A DNA stretch of 64,000 nucleotides, taken from Candidatus Zipacnadia bacterium (lineage in GTDB: Bacteria; Armatimonadota; Zipacnadia; Zipacnadales; UBA5352). The position numbers and the translations under genes are program-made. The DNA lies in assembly GCA_029820295.1 (NCBI GenBank), contig JALGVA010000006.1, positions 1,793 through 65,792 on the forward strand, read 5' to 3'. Under the pieces are notes generated by a model. The model was given only the letters and a program-made list of their open reading frames with translations, did no database searches and was not told the origin of the DNA. Of the stretch, positions 52,729 to 62,549 are shown piece by piece (the first letter of the stretch is position 1; each line of letters opens with the position of its first letter).

Positions 52729-52883
52729 ATTGTACGTGGCCGCCACTGAGAGCCAGGTGAGCATCGCTTCCGGCGCTCTCTGTGACGCGCGCGCCGGGTT
52801 CAGAGCCGGCGCGCAGGTCCGCGGGCACGGGCGGTGAACTCCTCCCCTGACAGCGACCGCCTACGCCCGGGAGGCCAGCGCCC

Positions 52884-54266
52884 ATGTCCAGCTCCCGCCA
52901 GACCGACATCGCAGTCATCGAGACCGAGATTACCTACGAGCCGCAGCGCGCCCGCACGCCGCTCAAGTTCGGCGGCGTGGTGGTCGAGAGCGTGCCCTTC
53001 TGCCGCATCCGTGTGAAGGTGCAGAACGGCATGCACGAGGTCGCCGAGGGCTGGGGCGGCATCTTCGTCATGGACCAGTGGGGCTGGCCCGACCCGTCCA
53101 TTAGCCATGAGGACAAGCAGCGCGTCATGCAGCGCACCATCGGCGACTTCGTTGACCTCGCGAGCGCCCACCCGGGGCCGTACCATCCCATCGAGTTGTT
53201 CATGGACCTGGAGGACGAGCTGGCGCGCATCAGCCGCGAGGCGTGTCGCGCCGAGGGCGTCGATGCCGAGCAGCCCTTCCTGAACGCCCTGGTGTGCGCA
53301 TCGCCGATGGACGCGGCCATCCACGACGCCTACGGCAACGTCAACGGCATCGACAGCTATCGCGGCTACGGGCCCGACTTCATGGACGACCTCAGCCGCT
53401 GGCTGGGGCCCGAGTTCGCGGGCGAGTACCCCGAGCAGTACATCCGCGACGCCTACCTGCCCAGGGTGCCGATCTTCCACCTGGTCGGCGGGCTCGACAA
53501 GCTCACCCGCGACGAACTCGACGACAGCGACCCCGACGACGGTCTGCCCAACTGCCTCGCCGACTGGATCGCCTACGAGGGCATGTACTGCCTCAAAGTC
53601 AAGCTGCGCGGCAACGATCTCGAGTGGGACATCGAGCGCACGCTGGCGGTGCACGACATCGGGCGCGAGGAGCTGGACCGTCTGGGCATCGCCGAGATGC
53701 ACCTGACCGCCGACACCAACGAGATGTGCGACAGCCCCGACTACATCGTGGAGTATCTCCACCGCATCCGCGAGCGCTCGTCCGAGTGCTTCGAGCGCAT
53801 CCTCTACATCGAGCAGCCCACCGGGCGCGACCTGGACGTGCACGATCACGACATGCGCGCCATCGCCGCGCTCAAGCCGGTGATCGCCGACGAGAGCCTG
53901 ACCACCATCGAGAGCTTCGACCGCGCGATCGAGCTGGGCTGGTCGGGCGTGGCCATGAAGACCTGCAAGGGCCACTCATCGGACATGCTGTTCGCGGCCA
54001 AGGCGGGCAAGCTGGGCATCCCCTACGCGGTGCAGGACCTGACCAATCCATCGCTGGCGCTCATCCACTCGGTGGGGCTGGGCGCGCGACTGTACACGAT
54101 CATGGGTGTGGAGGCCAACTCGCGCCAGTTCTTCCCCGACTCCACCACCGAGGCCGAGAAGCGCGTCCATGCGGGCATCTTCAGCCTCACCCGCGGCCAG
54201 GCCGACACCTCCAGCCTACGCGGCACCGGGCTGGGCTATCAGATGGGGCGGATCCTGGGCGAGTAA
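52884..54266 (+). CDS. enolase superfamily enzyme (mandelate racemase/muconate lactonizing enzyme-like)
   Basis: 460 aa. Metal-ligand context TADTNE, YIEQP, IADES, followed by KTCKGHSS. Confidence 0.85.
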   Translation: MSSSRQTDIAVIETEITYEPQRARTPLKFGGVVVESVPFCRIRVKVQNGMHEVAEGWGGIFVMDQWGWPDPSISHEDKQRVMQRTIGDFVDLASAHPGPYHPIELFMDLEDELARISREACRAEGVDAEQPFLNALVCASPMDAAIHDAYGNVNGIDSYRGYGPDFMDDLSRWLGPEFAGEYPEQYIRDAYLPRVPIFHLVGGLDKLTRDELDDSDPDDGLPNCLADWIAYEGMYCLKVKLRGNDLEWDIERTLAVHDIGREELDRLGIAEMHLTADTNEMCDSPDYIVEYLHRIRERSSECFERILYIEQPTGRDLDVHDHDMRAIAALKPVIADESLTTIESFDRAIELGWSGVAMKTCKGHSSDMLFAAKAGKLGIPYAVQDLTNPSLALIHSVGLGARLYTIMGVEANSRQFFPDSTTEAEKRVHAGIFSLTRGQADTSSLRGTGLGYQMGRILGE

Positions 54267-54526
54267 GATCGGGGGCCGGCAACCGGGGGGACGGCGGACG
54301 GCCGGGATCGTCAACTGTCGGACGGGCTGGGGAGCCCGCCCCTGCGTGCGACGGCGTTGTCGCGCCCTGCGCCTGCAGGCCCTGGCGGTTGCCGTCGTCG
54401 TGGTCGTGCGGAGGAGGGGCGTGCCGGAGACCACTTCACGGTCTCACGCCGCCCGCCGTTGTCGTCGCCGTCGAAAGCACCGACCTCGCCTGGCGGGGCC
54501 GCCAGATCGTTCCCGTCCGCCTGCGG

Positions 54527-55681
54527 CTACCAGTACCAATTCAGTTCCTCGGTGCGCAGCGCCACCATCAGCGCCGTCTGCGCCTGCCGGGCGAGCGTTG
54601 CCGCATCGGCGCCCTGCGCCTCGGCATCCTCCGGGTAGACCGTCAGGATAACCTGGTCACGGGCCCCAACCGCCGGGTTGCCGTCGTGGTCGCCGACCTC
54701 GAGTTCATAGCGCTGCAGGCCGTTCTCGAGCAGCGGCGTGAGCCGCGCGGCGATGGCCTCAGCGCGGGCCAGCGGGGTCTCGTCCTCAGGCCCGGGCGCC
54801 ATCACGCGGAAGATCTCGTCGCCCCACAGTACGACGCGCGCGACGGTCTGACCGTCCACCTCGACCTCCTCGGCCTTGGGCCACTCCCATCGCGTGGTCG
54901 CGCGCGGGTTCATGTCCACGCCCGCCTCAAAGAGCTGCTCAGCCAAGGCCTGCACCCGCTTGTCCGGGTCCGGGTGTGTCGGGAACACAGGGTCCGCCTG
55001 GGCCTCTCGGCGCCACTGCGCGGCCAGCCGCCCCATGAAGGTCAGTAGGCCGACCGGGTTGTAGGAGGTCTTGAGCAGGTAGTCGACCGCGTGCCGATCG
55101 GCCGCCGCCTCGAGGTCCACCGAGTAACCGCCGAGCACGCCGCGGCGGATGTACTCGCCGGCGATGAGCACGGTGGAGATGGTGTCGCTGCTGGCGCCGA
55201 GCAGGATGGCGGCGATGGTGGCCGCCACCGAGCCGGTGAAGTAGTCCTTGTTGCGCTCGGCCTGGAACAGGGCGTCGTACGTGCAGTTGTGCGCGATCTC
55301 GTGGGCGAGCACGCCGGCCAGCTCGTGGTCCGACTGCACGTCCTCGAGTAGCCCCCTGGTGACGTAGATGATGCCGCCGGGAAGGCTGAAGGCGTTGACC
55401 TCCTCAGTGTCGAGCAGGCGGACATCATAGGCTACGTCCGGCCGGCCACTGGCTGCCGCGATCTCCCCGACCATGGCGTCGAGCTTGGCCTGGGCCTCCT
55501 CGTCCTCATAGCGCGTGTACTCGGCCTCGACCTGCGCCGCCGCCTCGGCGCCGATGCGCCGCTCGTACTCGGCAGGGAACGGCGGCTCATCGTCCGCGGC
55601 CGTGACGAACGGCGCGGCGGTGAGCAGCAGCAGACACGCCAGTGCGACGGTCATGGTCCTCAAGGCAATCATCACACTCAT
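54527..55681 (-). CDS. secreted M48 family zinc metalloprotease
   Basis: Signal peptide. NAFSLPGGIIYVTRGLL, then HELAGVLAHEIAHN (HExxH). Confidence 0.85.
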   Translation of the reverse strand: MSVMIALRTMTVALACLLLLTAAPFVTAADDEPPFPAEYERRIGAEAAAQVEAEYTRYEDEEAQAKLDAMVGEIAAASGRPDVAYDVRLLDTEEVNAFSLPGGIIYVTRGLLEDVQSDHELAGVLAHEIAHNCTYDALFQAERNKDYFTGSVAATIAAILLGASSDTISTVLIAGEYIRRGVLGGYSVDLEAAADRHAVDYLLKTSYNPVGLLTFMGRLAAQWRREAQADPVFPTHPDPDKRVQALAEQLFEAGVDMNPRATTRWEWPKAEEVEVDGQTVARVVLWGDEIFRVMAPGPEDETPLARAEAIAARLTPLLENGLQRYELEVGDHDGNPAVGARDQVILTVYPEDAEAQGADAATLARQAQTALMVALRTEELNWYW

Positions 55682-55748
55682 GTAGACGCGCGCCGCCCGC
55701 GCTTTGTTTCGCCGGGGCGGCGCAGCGGCGGCATTCGCACAGCCCCGG

Positions 55749-56363
55749 CTACCGGGGTGCCAGCTCTATGTCCAGCCACAGGCTCTCCCCGGCCTTGATC
55801 TGCTGGCCCTGACGGGTCACAGGGTTGTGCCCGTTTGCAGTCGCGACAACGGTGTACCGCCCCGGCGGGTACCACCCGAGTTCATAGACGCCGGTGGGGG
55901 TCTGCGAGCGTGCCACGCCGACGGGCGTGCCGCCCTCCTTGACGAGCACCAGCGTGGCGTTGGGGATGGGCTCGCCCGCGGCGTTGCGCACGAAGCCGAC
56001 GATGCGCCCGAGACGGTTGAAGTCCTCGGAGCCGAACTTCACGAGCGCGAAGCTCACCGAGACCTGTCCCGAGAGCGCGACCCGCTTCGCCTGAGGCGCA
56101 TAGAGCTTCTTCGCGACCACCACGAACGCTCTCTCGGCATCCGGGGTGTGCGCGCTCCATGTGCCGTTCGGCAACGTGATGCCGCCGGCGGTAATCGTGT
56201 TGCCCATGACCACCGCGACCACGGCCTTGTTGATGGCGGCACCGCCGGCGGCGTCGGTGACCGTGACGGTCACCTGTGCCGCCTGCGCTCCTACCGGGGC
56301 GAAGGCCAGTGCGGCCAGCGCGGCCAGCGCGGCCGCAACCAGGACGCTGCTCGTGCTTCTCAT
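55749..56363 (-). CDS. secreted carboxypeptidase-regulatory-like (CarboxypepD_reg/Ig-like) domain protein
   Basis: Start MRSTSSVLVAAALAALAALAFAP (ATG 56361-56363). Two V-T-V-TD and G-V-NA-G-PI-NA type beta-sandwich repeats. Confidence 0.6.
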   Translation of the reverse strand: MRSTSSVLVAAALAALAALAFAPVGAQAAQVTVTVTDAAGGAAINKAVVAVVMGNTITAGGITLPNGTWSAHTPDAERAFVVVAKKLYAPQAKRVALSGQVSVSFALVKFGSEDFNRLGRIVGFVRNAAGEPIPNATLVLVKEGGTPVGVARSQTPTGVYELGWYPPGRYTVVATANGHNPVTRQGQQIKAGESLWLDIELAPR

Positions 56364-56421
56364 GGTCACATCACCTTGCCTCCACGTCAAAGACTCCCGT
56401 GGCTGTTGGCGCTCACGCGGC

Positions 56422-57249
56422 CTACAGCTCGAAGACTCGTTCCGGGTCCGGGTTGAGCCGGACGGTCTCACCCGCGCCGACCGTGCGCTGCAGGTCCCGG
56501 CTCTCGACCGCGACCTCGCCCTGGACGACGCTGAGCTGCGCGGTCTCCTCGTCGGCGCGCGAACTCACGTCGAAAACCGCGCCTTCGGCGCTCATCTCAC
56601 CCCACGGCGTGGCGACGGTGAACGGGCCGGTCGCGTCGCTCAGGTCGGCGTTGAGATCTCCCTTGAACAGGTCCACCGAATCGCGCCCGATGCGCACCAC
56701 CGCCTCATCGCTGAGCGTGATGCGCGCCCCGCCCGCGAACCGCAGGCAAATGGCGGAGCCGCCCAGCCCCCAGGCCACGCTCTGCTCCTGCAGCTCCTCG
56801 CCGGTGTGACCGGGCTGCGCGGTCTTCTGATTGGGTTCGAAGACGTGGATAGCGTCACCGCCGCTGATAACCACCGCGGGCGCGACTAACGGTGCCGGCC
56901 CCGGCCGCTGCCCATCGTGCGTGCCCAGCCGCGACAGGCCGAAGAGCACGAGCCCGGCGGCGAGCAGTAGCGCTGCGGCGGCGGGCAGCCAGGCCGCCCA
57001 CGCAGGACGCACCGCGGGGGCCTCAGCCAGCCGTGCGCGCACGCGCGCGGCCAACCGCGGCGGTGGCTCGGCGGCGGCCAGGCCCTCGCGCAGGGCCGCG
57101 TCGATACGCGTCAGCTCATAGAGCGCCCGGCGGCAGCGCGTGCAGCGCGTGAGGTGACCGTCGAGGCGTGACGCGTCGTCGTCGGCGAGTTCGCCGTCGA
57201 GGCGCAGATGGATCAATCTTCGGGCTTGTTGGCAGTCAAGGTCCGGCAT
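56422..57249 (-). CDS. anti-sigma factor (zf-HC2 N-terminus, TM, FecR-like periplasmic domain)
   Basis: Start MPDLDCQQARRLIH. HLTRCTRCRR is the H-x3-C-x2-C motif. One TM. 14-nt overlap with the sigma factor gene. Confidence 0.75.
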   Translation of the reverse strand: MPDLDCQQARRLIHLRLDGELADDDASRLDGHLTRCTRCRRALYELTRIDAALREGLAAAEPPPRLAARVRARLAEAPAVRPAWAAWLPAAAALLLAAGLVLFGLSRLGTHDGQRPGPAPLVAPAVVISGGDAIHVFEPNQKTAQPGHTGEELQEQSVAWGLGGSAICLRFAGGARITLSDEAVVRIGRDSVDLFKGDLNADLSDATGPFTVATPWGEMSAEGAVFDVSSRADEETAQLSVVQGEVAVESRDLQRTVGAGETVRLNPDPERVFEL

Positions 57250-57835
57250 GATCGTCCCCCGCGGCTCCCATGAGGATCTCGCGCAGCTTCTCCCGACCGC
57301 GGTGCAGCCGCACGCGCACCGCTCCCGGGCTGATGTCCAGCGCCTGTGCGACATCCGCCACCGACGCGTCCTCAAGGTAGAAGAGCGTCAGCGGGACTCG
57401 GTAGGTCTCGTCGAGGCGGCGCAAGGCCGCCACCGCCTGGTCCGCCAGCGGGGAGGACTCGGGGTCCTCGGGCGCAGGCGGGTCCAGCGGGCCGGCGTCG
57501 AGTGAGAGTTGCCGCCCTGAGCGCAGCGAGCGCCGCCGGAGCAGTTGCAGGCACACGTTCGACGCGATACCGCGCAGCCACGGGCCGAAGGTGCGCCGCG
57601 CATCGTAGCGCGGCAGGCTCTGATACGCGCGCACGAAGGTCTCCTGAGCGGCATCCTCCGCGTCCGCGCGGTCGCTGAGCATCGACCAGCACAGGCGGAA
57701 CACGGGCCTCTGGTGGCGCTCAATCAACCGGTCGAAGGCCGGCGTCTCACCCTTGCGCGCACGTACGGCGAGTTCGCTGTCGCTCACGTGCGCGTCATCC
57801 GGCGCGGCGGCGAGCCGGCCGGCGTGAGAGTCCAT
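57236..57835 (-). CDS. ECF (group 4) sigma-70 factor
   Basis: Region 2 FDRLIERHQRPVFRLCWSML...AEDAAQETFVRAY. Region 4 LTLFYLEDASVADVAQALDISPGAVRVRLHRGREKL. Confidence 0.9.
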   Translation of the reverse strand: MDSHAGRLAAAPDDAHVSDSELAVRARKGETPAFDRLIERHQRPVFRLCWSMLSDRADAEDAAQETFVRAYQSLPRYDARRTFGPWLRGIASNVCLQLLRRRSLRSGRQLSLDAGPLDPPAPEDPESSPLADQAVAALRRLDETYRVPLTLFYLEDASVADVAQALDISPGAVRVRLHRGREKLREILMGAAGDDHAGP

Positions 57836-57896
57836 GCGCCACCCTCCAGCAGTAGTTCGCGTAGTTGCACCCGGGCGTTACAGGTAGCGCCGTGCA

Positions 57897-58316
57897 TTAT
57901 ACATCGAACACGACCGTGACTTCGAGGCCCTCAGCACTCTCGCGCACCTCGATGCCGTGGTAGGTCACGGCCTTGATGTGATGCTGCATCTCCTCGCGGA
58001 CCGCCGCCAGCGGCACCACCCCGACGCGGCAGCGGGCGCGGCCCGCGGCCGCGTCGAGCACCCTGGCCGCCACGGGTGCCAGGCCCTCGAGGTCGACAAG
58101 GAGCAGCACCTCGCGCAGGCAGTCGACCAGCAACTCCTCGGCCGATGCGCCCTCGCCCACCACCTCGGTCTCGCGCTCGGGCGGAGGGATATCCGCGAGC
58201 ATCAGGTCGATCATGCCCAGCGCCGCCTGCTCGATGAGCGCGCGCAGATCCGGCGCAAACGCCTGCACCGCCAGGTCCGCCGTGTGCCCGATGATCTGGT
58301 AGCGCGCCTCAGCCAT
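57897..58316 (-). CDS. archease
   Basis: Start MAEARYQIIGHTADLAVQAF. C-terminal IKAVTYHGIEV. 139 aa. Confidence 0.8.
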   Translation of the reverse strand: MAEARYQIIGHTADLAVQAFAPDLRALIEQAALGMIDLMLADIPPPERETEVVGEGASAEELLVDCLREVLLLVDLEGLAPVAARVLDAAAGRARCRVGVVPLAAVREEMQHHIKAVTYHGIEVRESAEGLEVTVVFDV

Positions 58317-58450
58317 GCGCTCCGACACCCTCTTCACGGCTGTGTTCGCCCGCGACCGCGAGGGACCTGCCGGATGCGGCAGCGGCGTGGGGCGCGGGAT
58401 GGCCCCCCGGGCCGATTGACTTTCGCCGGAGGGTACCCTATTGTGTTGGC

Positions 58451-59680
58451 GTGCGACGGCGCACCGTGGGGACCGTGTCGAACACGACCGCAAAGCAGGT
58501 TGGGAGCTTGCCCCTCAGACGCCTGATCCCGCTCGTCCTGGTCGTCCTGTCGTGCCTGGTGGCGGGCTGTCGCTCGTCGGATGAGGCGACCCTGGCTGCC
58601 GCCCTGGCCGATGACCCGGTGCAGACCGCGCCCGCGGCGGCGCCCCCGCCACCGCGCAGCTTCACCATGGTCGCGGTGGGCGACGTGATGCTCGACCGCG
58701 GGGTGTGGCGCGCGATACAGCGCTCCGGGTACGAGAGCATCTTCAACCGCGTGCGCGAGGACTTGCGCGCCGCCGACATCACCTTCGCGAACCTGGAGTG
58801 CCCGCTGTCCACGGTCGGGCCCCACGCCCCGAGCGAGCACTGCATCTTCCGCGCCGATCCCAGCGCCGTAGACGTGCTCCTCGACGGCGGCATCGACGTC
58901 GTGGCGCTGGCGAACAACCACACGCTCAACTCCGGCGCCGAGGCGATGCTGCAGACCATCGAGCATCTGGGCGAGGCGGGGGTAGCGTACTGCGGGGCGG
59001 CGGCTGAGCGTGAACGCTCGTGGGAGCCATGCCTGTTCGACATGGACGGGCTGGTAATCGGCTTCGTGGGCTGCACCGACCTGAGCTTCGAGCACGGGAG
59101 CTGGGCCAGGGTCGATTCCGAGATGACCGAGTTCGCCGAGCATGTGCGCGCGGCGAGGGAACAATGTGACCTGCTCGCGTTGTCCATACACTGGGGGAAC
59201 GAGTACCAGAAGGTGCCGACACAGCGCCAGCGCGACGTGGCGCACGCCGCCATCGACGCCGGGGCGGACCTGATCATCGGCCATCACCCGCACACGCTGC
59301 AGGGCGTGGGATCGTACCGGGGCGCGCCCATCCTGTACAGTTGCGGCAACTTCGTCTTCGACCAGCGTGAAGGCGAGCGCATGGAGAGCGCGATCTTCCG
59401 ACTGCGATGGACCGAGGGCGAGGGGTGGGAGATCCGCATGGTGCCCGTGTGGATTCCGCGCTCGCGCTGCGGGCCGATCTACCCCGAGAGCGCGCGGGCG
59501 GCGAAGATCATCAACCGCCTGGCCACGCTGTCCGCGGACCTGGGCGTGCCGGTGACGGTGACAGACAACGAGGGCCTGGTCACCATCCCCGTCGAGGATG
59601 TTGGCGAGGCCGAGACGGAGCCTGCCCCTGAGCGGGCTCGCGAAGACGCCCAGCCGGCGGCCGCGGAGCAGACCGGCTGA
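58451..59680 (+). CDS. CapA-family (PGA_cap metallophosphatase-like) lipoprotein
   Basis: Lipobox LVAGC. VGDVMLDR, ANLECP, ANNHTLN, IHWGNEY, GHHPHTLQG. Confidence 0.8.
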   Translation: MRRRTVGTVSNTTAKQVGSLPLRRLIPLVLVVLSCLVAGCRSSDEATLAAALADDPVQTAPAAAPPPPRSFTMVAVGDVMLDRGVWRAIQRSGYESIFNRVREDLRAADITFANLECPLSTVGPHAPSEHCIFRADPSAVDVLLDGGIDVVALANNHTLNSGAEAMLQTIEHLGEAGVAYCGAAAERERSWEPCLFDMDGLVIGFVGCTDLSFEHGSWARVDSEMTEFAEHVRAAREQCDLLALSIHWGNEYQKVPTQRQRDVAHAAIDAGADLIIGHHPHTLQGVGSYRGAPILYSCGNFVFDQREGERMESAIFRLRWTEGEGWEIRMVPVWIPRSRCGPIYPESARAAKIINRLATLSADLGVPVTVTDNEGLVTIPVEDVGEAETEPAPERAREDAQPAAAEQTG

Positions 59681-59721
59681 GAACCGGCCGGCGCGCCGCG
59701 CCGATCGAGGGAGACGATATC

Positions 59722-60630
59722 ATGCAGCTTCATCGACGCACCCGAGTCGCCATGATCGCACTGCTCCTGATCGCCACGGCCGTGCTGGCCGGCGCCCAGG
59801 ATGACGCCAATCCGGTGCTGGCCACCGTCAACGGCCAGCCGATCGACGCCGAGTCTTTCCGCGAGGAGCTGCTGCACCGCTGGGGCGACATCGCGCTGGC
59901 GACGCTCATCCAGCAACTGGCCATCGAGCAGGCGGCGGCCGAGGCCGGGATCACGGTCACCGACGCCGAGGTCGAGCAGCGTGTCGAGGAGTTCCAGCGC
60001 AAGTGCGACGCCAACGCGCCCACCACTGGTGAGAGCTTCTCGCTGTGGCTGGCACGGCAGAAGCTCACGCCCTACGGCTTCCGCCAGTGGATGCGCGGCG
60101 AGATGCTGCTGGAGAAGATGGTCGAGGACGAGGCCGTGGTCAGCGACGAGGACGTGCGCCGGGTGTTCGACGCCTCACAGCAGCAACTGCGGCGGCCCGA
60201 GCGCATGCGCATCAGCCACATCTGCGTGACCACACTCGACGAGGCCGAGACCATCCGGGCGGAGATCATCGGGGGCAAGGCCTTCGAGGATGCCGCCCGC
60301 GAGTACTCAATTGACCCGTACACCAAGGACGAGGGCGGCAACTTCGGGCTGATCACGCGGGGCGAGAACCCGTTCCAGCAGGCCGCGTTCGGGCTGACCG
60401 CCGATGGTGAAATCTCCGACCCGGTGCAGACGCAGATGGGCTGGCACCTGATCCGGCGCGACGAGTACCTGCCCGCCTCCGTTCCCGAGTTCGACGAGGT
60501 CAAGGACGAGATCCGCGAGCAGCTTGAGCGGCAGAGGCTGCTGACGCTGATGAACCGCAGGCGCAACGAGATCATGCAGGATGCGCGCGTGGTGCGCGAG
60601 ATGGACCCGGACGAACTCGCGGCGCAGTAG
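59722..60630 (+). CDS. parvulin-type peptidyl-prolyl isomerase (SurA/PrsA-like)
   Basis: Signal peptide, SurA-N-like helical region, and PPIC domain ISHICV...FEDAAREYSIDPYTKDEGGNFG...GWHLI. Confidence 0.85.
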   Translation: MQLHRRTRVAMIALLLIATAVLAGAQDDANPVLATVNGQPIDAESFREELLHRWGDIALATLIQQLAIEQAAAEAGITVTDAEVEQRVEEFQRKCDANAPTTGESFSLWLARQKLTPYGFRQWMRGEMLLEKMVEDEAVVSDEDVRRVFDASQQQLRRPERMRISHICVTTLDEAETIRAEIIGGKAFEDAAREYSIDPYTKDEGGNFGLITRGENPFQQAAFGLTADGEISDPVQTQMGWHLIRRDEYLPASVPEFDEVKDEIREQLERQRLLTLMNRRRNEIMQDARVVREMDPDELAAQ

Positions 60631-60659
60631 CGACGCCGCCGGGGCAGGGAGGCAGCGCC

Positions 60660-61139
60660 ATGGAGCCGACACTGCGGGCCGCCACGCTCGACGACATGCC
60701 ACGGCTGCAGCAGATCGTGCGCGAGGTGTGGGCCATCGGCTCGGACTTCACGCTCGAGGAGAAGTACGGGTCGGTGGGCGATGAGGCGTGGGACCGCTGG
60801 CTGGTACCGAAGGTGATGTCACGGTTGTGGGACGAGATCGGCACCACGCTGGTGGCCGAGGTGGGCGGAGAGATCGCGGGCTTCATCAGCTACGCCATCG
60901 ACCGTGCGCGCCGGGTGGGGACGATCCACTACAACGCGGTCGCTCCGGCCTTCCAGGGACACGGGGTGGGCACGATGCAGGTGGAGCGGGTGCTGGAGAT
61001 CTTCCGCGAGCAGGGCATGCGCATCGCGTGCGTGGGCACGGGCCTCAATGAGGGGCACGCCCCGGCGCGGCGGATGTACGAGAAGGCGGGCTTTGAGCCG
61101 GTGATCGAGTACCGCATGTACGCGCGCGAGCTGGACTGA
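60660..61139 (+). CDS. GNAT family N-acetyltransferase
   Basis: 159 aa. Acetyl-CoA motif A-like VAPAFQGHGVGTMQVERVLEIF and C-terminal RRMYEKAGFEP. Confidence 0.85.
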   Translation: MEPTLRAATLDDMPRLQQIVREVWAIGSDFTLEEKYGSVGDEAWDRWLVPKVMSRLWDEIGTTLVAEVGGEIAGFISYAIDRARRVGTIHYNAVAPAFQGHGVGTMQVERVLEIFREQGMRIACVGTGLNEGHAPARRMYEKAGFEPVIEYRMYARELD

Positions 61140-61196
61140 GGTGCAGACGGCGGGGAGGCCCATGCGGCGCGGCGTCTGCCGCCCCGCCCTCCTGTA

Positions 61197-62546
61197 CTAC
61201 CGGACGAGGCGAGCGGCCTCGGGGAAGTGGTCGCGCACGACGGTGAGCGTCTGCTCGGCGTTGCGGCGCAGCATGGCGACGACGTCAGGCAGGTTCAGTC
61301 CCGGGCCCTGCAACGAGAGCAGTCCGGGGTGGGTGGTGAGCAGCTCCAGGTCGGTGCTGGCGGCCGTCTGGCGCGCATTGCGCAGCAGGTCCACCAGGTT
61401 CCCCCAGGCGTCGGTACCCACGTAGCTCCGGGGGGAGGCAAGCAGGTCGATCATGTACGCCTCTGCGGGCAGCCCCGCCCAGGCCATGGCGATGGCGCGC
61501 TGCAGGCAGGGCACGCAGCCACCGCACGGACGGTTCGCGCGCCCGGCCGCCCAGCACGACACGGTGGCCTGGATCTCCTCCGGCGACAGGACCGGCGCGA
61601 GCACATCGCGGACGAGGTCGGACTTGGTCTCGTAGACGAACGGGTTGCTGATGCGCGCGCGCAGGCCCAGAGCGGCGGCGATGGCGTTGAAGCACTCGAG
61701 GGCCGCCGGGTGCGTGGACTGCGTGGACATGCTGCCGGCGCGCGCGGCCGAGAGCGGCACGCCCGTGGTCATGGGGCCGTTCTCGCACATGAAGACCTCG
61801 TCGACACCCGCGCCCTCGGCGGTCACCGCGGCCAGCGCCATGAACAGCAGCGAGCGCAGGCGCCGCGAGGGCTCGCGCTCCTCCGGCGGCGGGAAGGGCA
61901 GGGCATCGGCGCCGCGCGCATCGGGCGCGATCGTGGCCTCGCACATGACGCCGGCGGCGGGCCAGTGGCGCTCGATGGTGGCGACGACGGCATTCTGAGC
62001 CGCGCGCGTCGTGGGGTTGCCGGAGCGGTGCATGACGTAGGCGGGCCGCCGGCCCCCCTGCTGGAGCAGGACAGCGCCCGCCAGTGAGTCGAGGCCGCCG
62101 GAGAGCATCGACACGCAGTCGGCCTCGGAGCCCGCGAGCGGCGACGCGGCGTGAGTGACGTCGGGGCACTGCGCGGCCGGGTAGAAGGTCAGCGCGATTC
62201 TGTCGCGGGTGAGCAGATGGGTGAGCCGGCCCAGGTCGGTGCTGACGGCGTCCCAGCTCTGCACGTCGCGCACCGGGATGGTCAGCTCGATGTCGCGGGA
62301 CCAGGCCTCACGCTCGCCGCGGCGCACGGCGATGTCGGCGGCGTACAGGGCGATCGCCACGCCCAGGAAGTCGCAGGCGGCGTCGCGCGCGGGGGAGGCC
62401 GCGACCTCGGCCAGGCAGGGCACACCGACGCGTACGTTGGCGCGCTCAGAACTCCAGTCGAGCAGCAGCTCGGCGGCTCCGACCTGTGGGCAGCGCCGGC
62501 CCGCGCGCTCGTGGGGCTCACTGGCGACAGCGAGGCGAACCGGCAT
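61197..62546 (-). CDS. QueC-like PP-loop ATPase with about 140-aa N-terminal extension (QatC/Cap9-like architecture)
   Basis: 449 aa. PP-loop SMLSGGLDSLAGA at about aa 148. C-terminal CWAAGRANRPCGGCVPC (C-x9-C-x2-C-x2-C) matches the QueC zinc-site pattern. The ATG is 3 nt after the upstream TAG, with GGAGGGGGGG inside the upstream gene end. Confidence 0.8.
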   Translation of the reverse strand: MPVRLAVASEPHERAGRRCPQVGAAELLLDWSSERANVRVGVPCLAEVAASPARDAACDFLGVAIALYAADIAVRRGEREAWSRDIELTIPVRDVQSWDAVSTDLGRLTHLLTRDRIALTFYPAAQCPDVTHAASPLAGSEADCVSMLSGGLDSLAGAVLLQQGGRRPAYVMHRSGNPTTRAAQNAVVATIERHWPAAGVMCEATIAPDARGADALPFPPPEEREPSRRLRSLLFMALAAVTAEGAGVDEVFMCENGPMTTGVPLSAARAGSMSTQSTHPAALECFNAIAAALGLRARISNPFVYETKSDLVRDVLAPVLSPEEIQATVSCWAAGRANRPCGGCVPCLQRAIAMAWAGLPAEAYMIDLLASPRSYVGTDAWGNLVDLLRNARQTAASTDLELLTTHPGLLSLQGPGLNLPDVVAMLRRNAEQTLTVVRDHFPEAARLVR

Positions 62547-62549
62547 CGC

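Noticed and set aside
61140-61196. Terminator between the GNAT gene and the QueC-like gene.
   Set aside because: Only a 7-bp stem (gcagacg/cgtctgc) with a long loop and competing G/C runs is present, with no U tract. This is too ambiguous to annotate.
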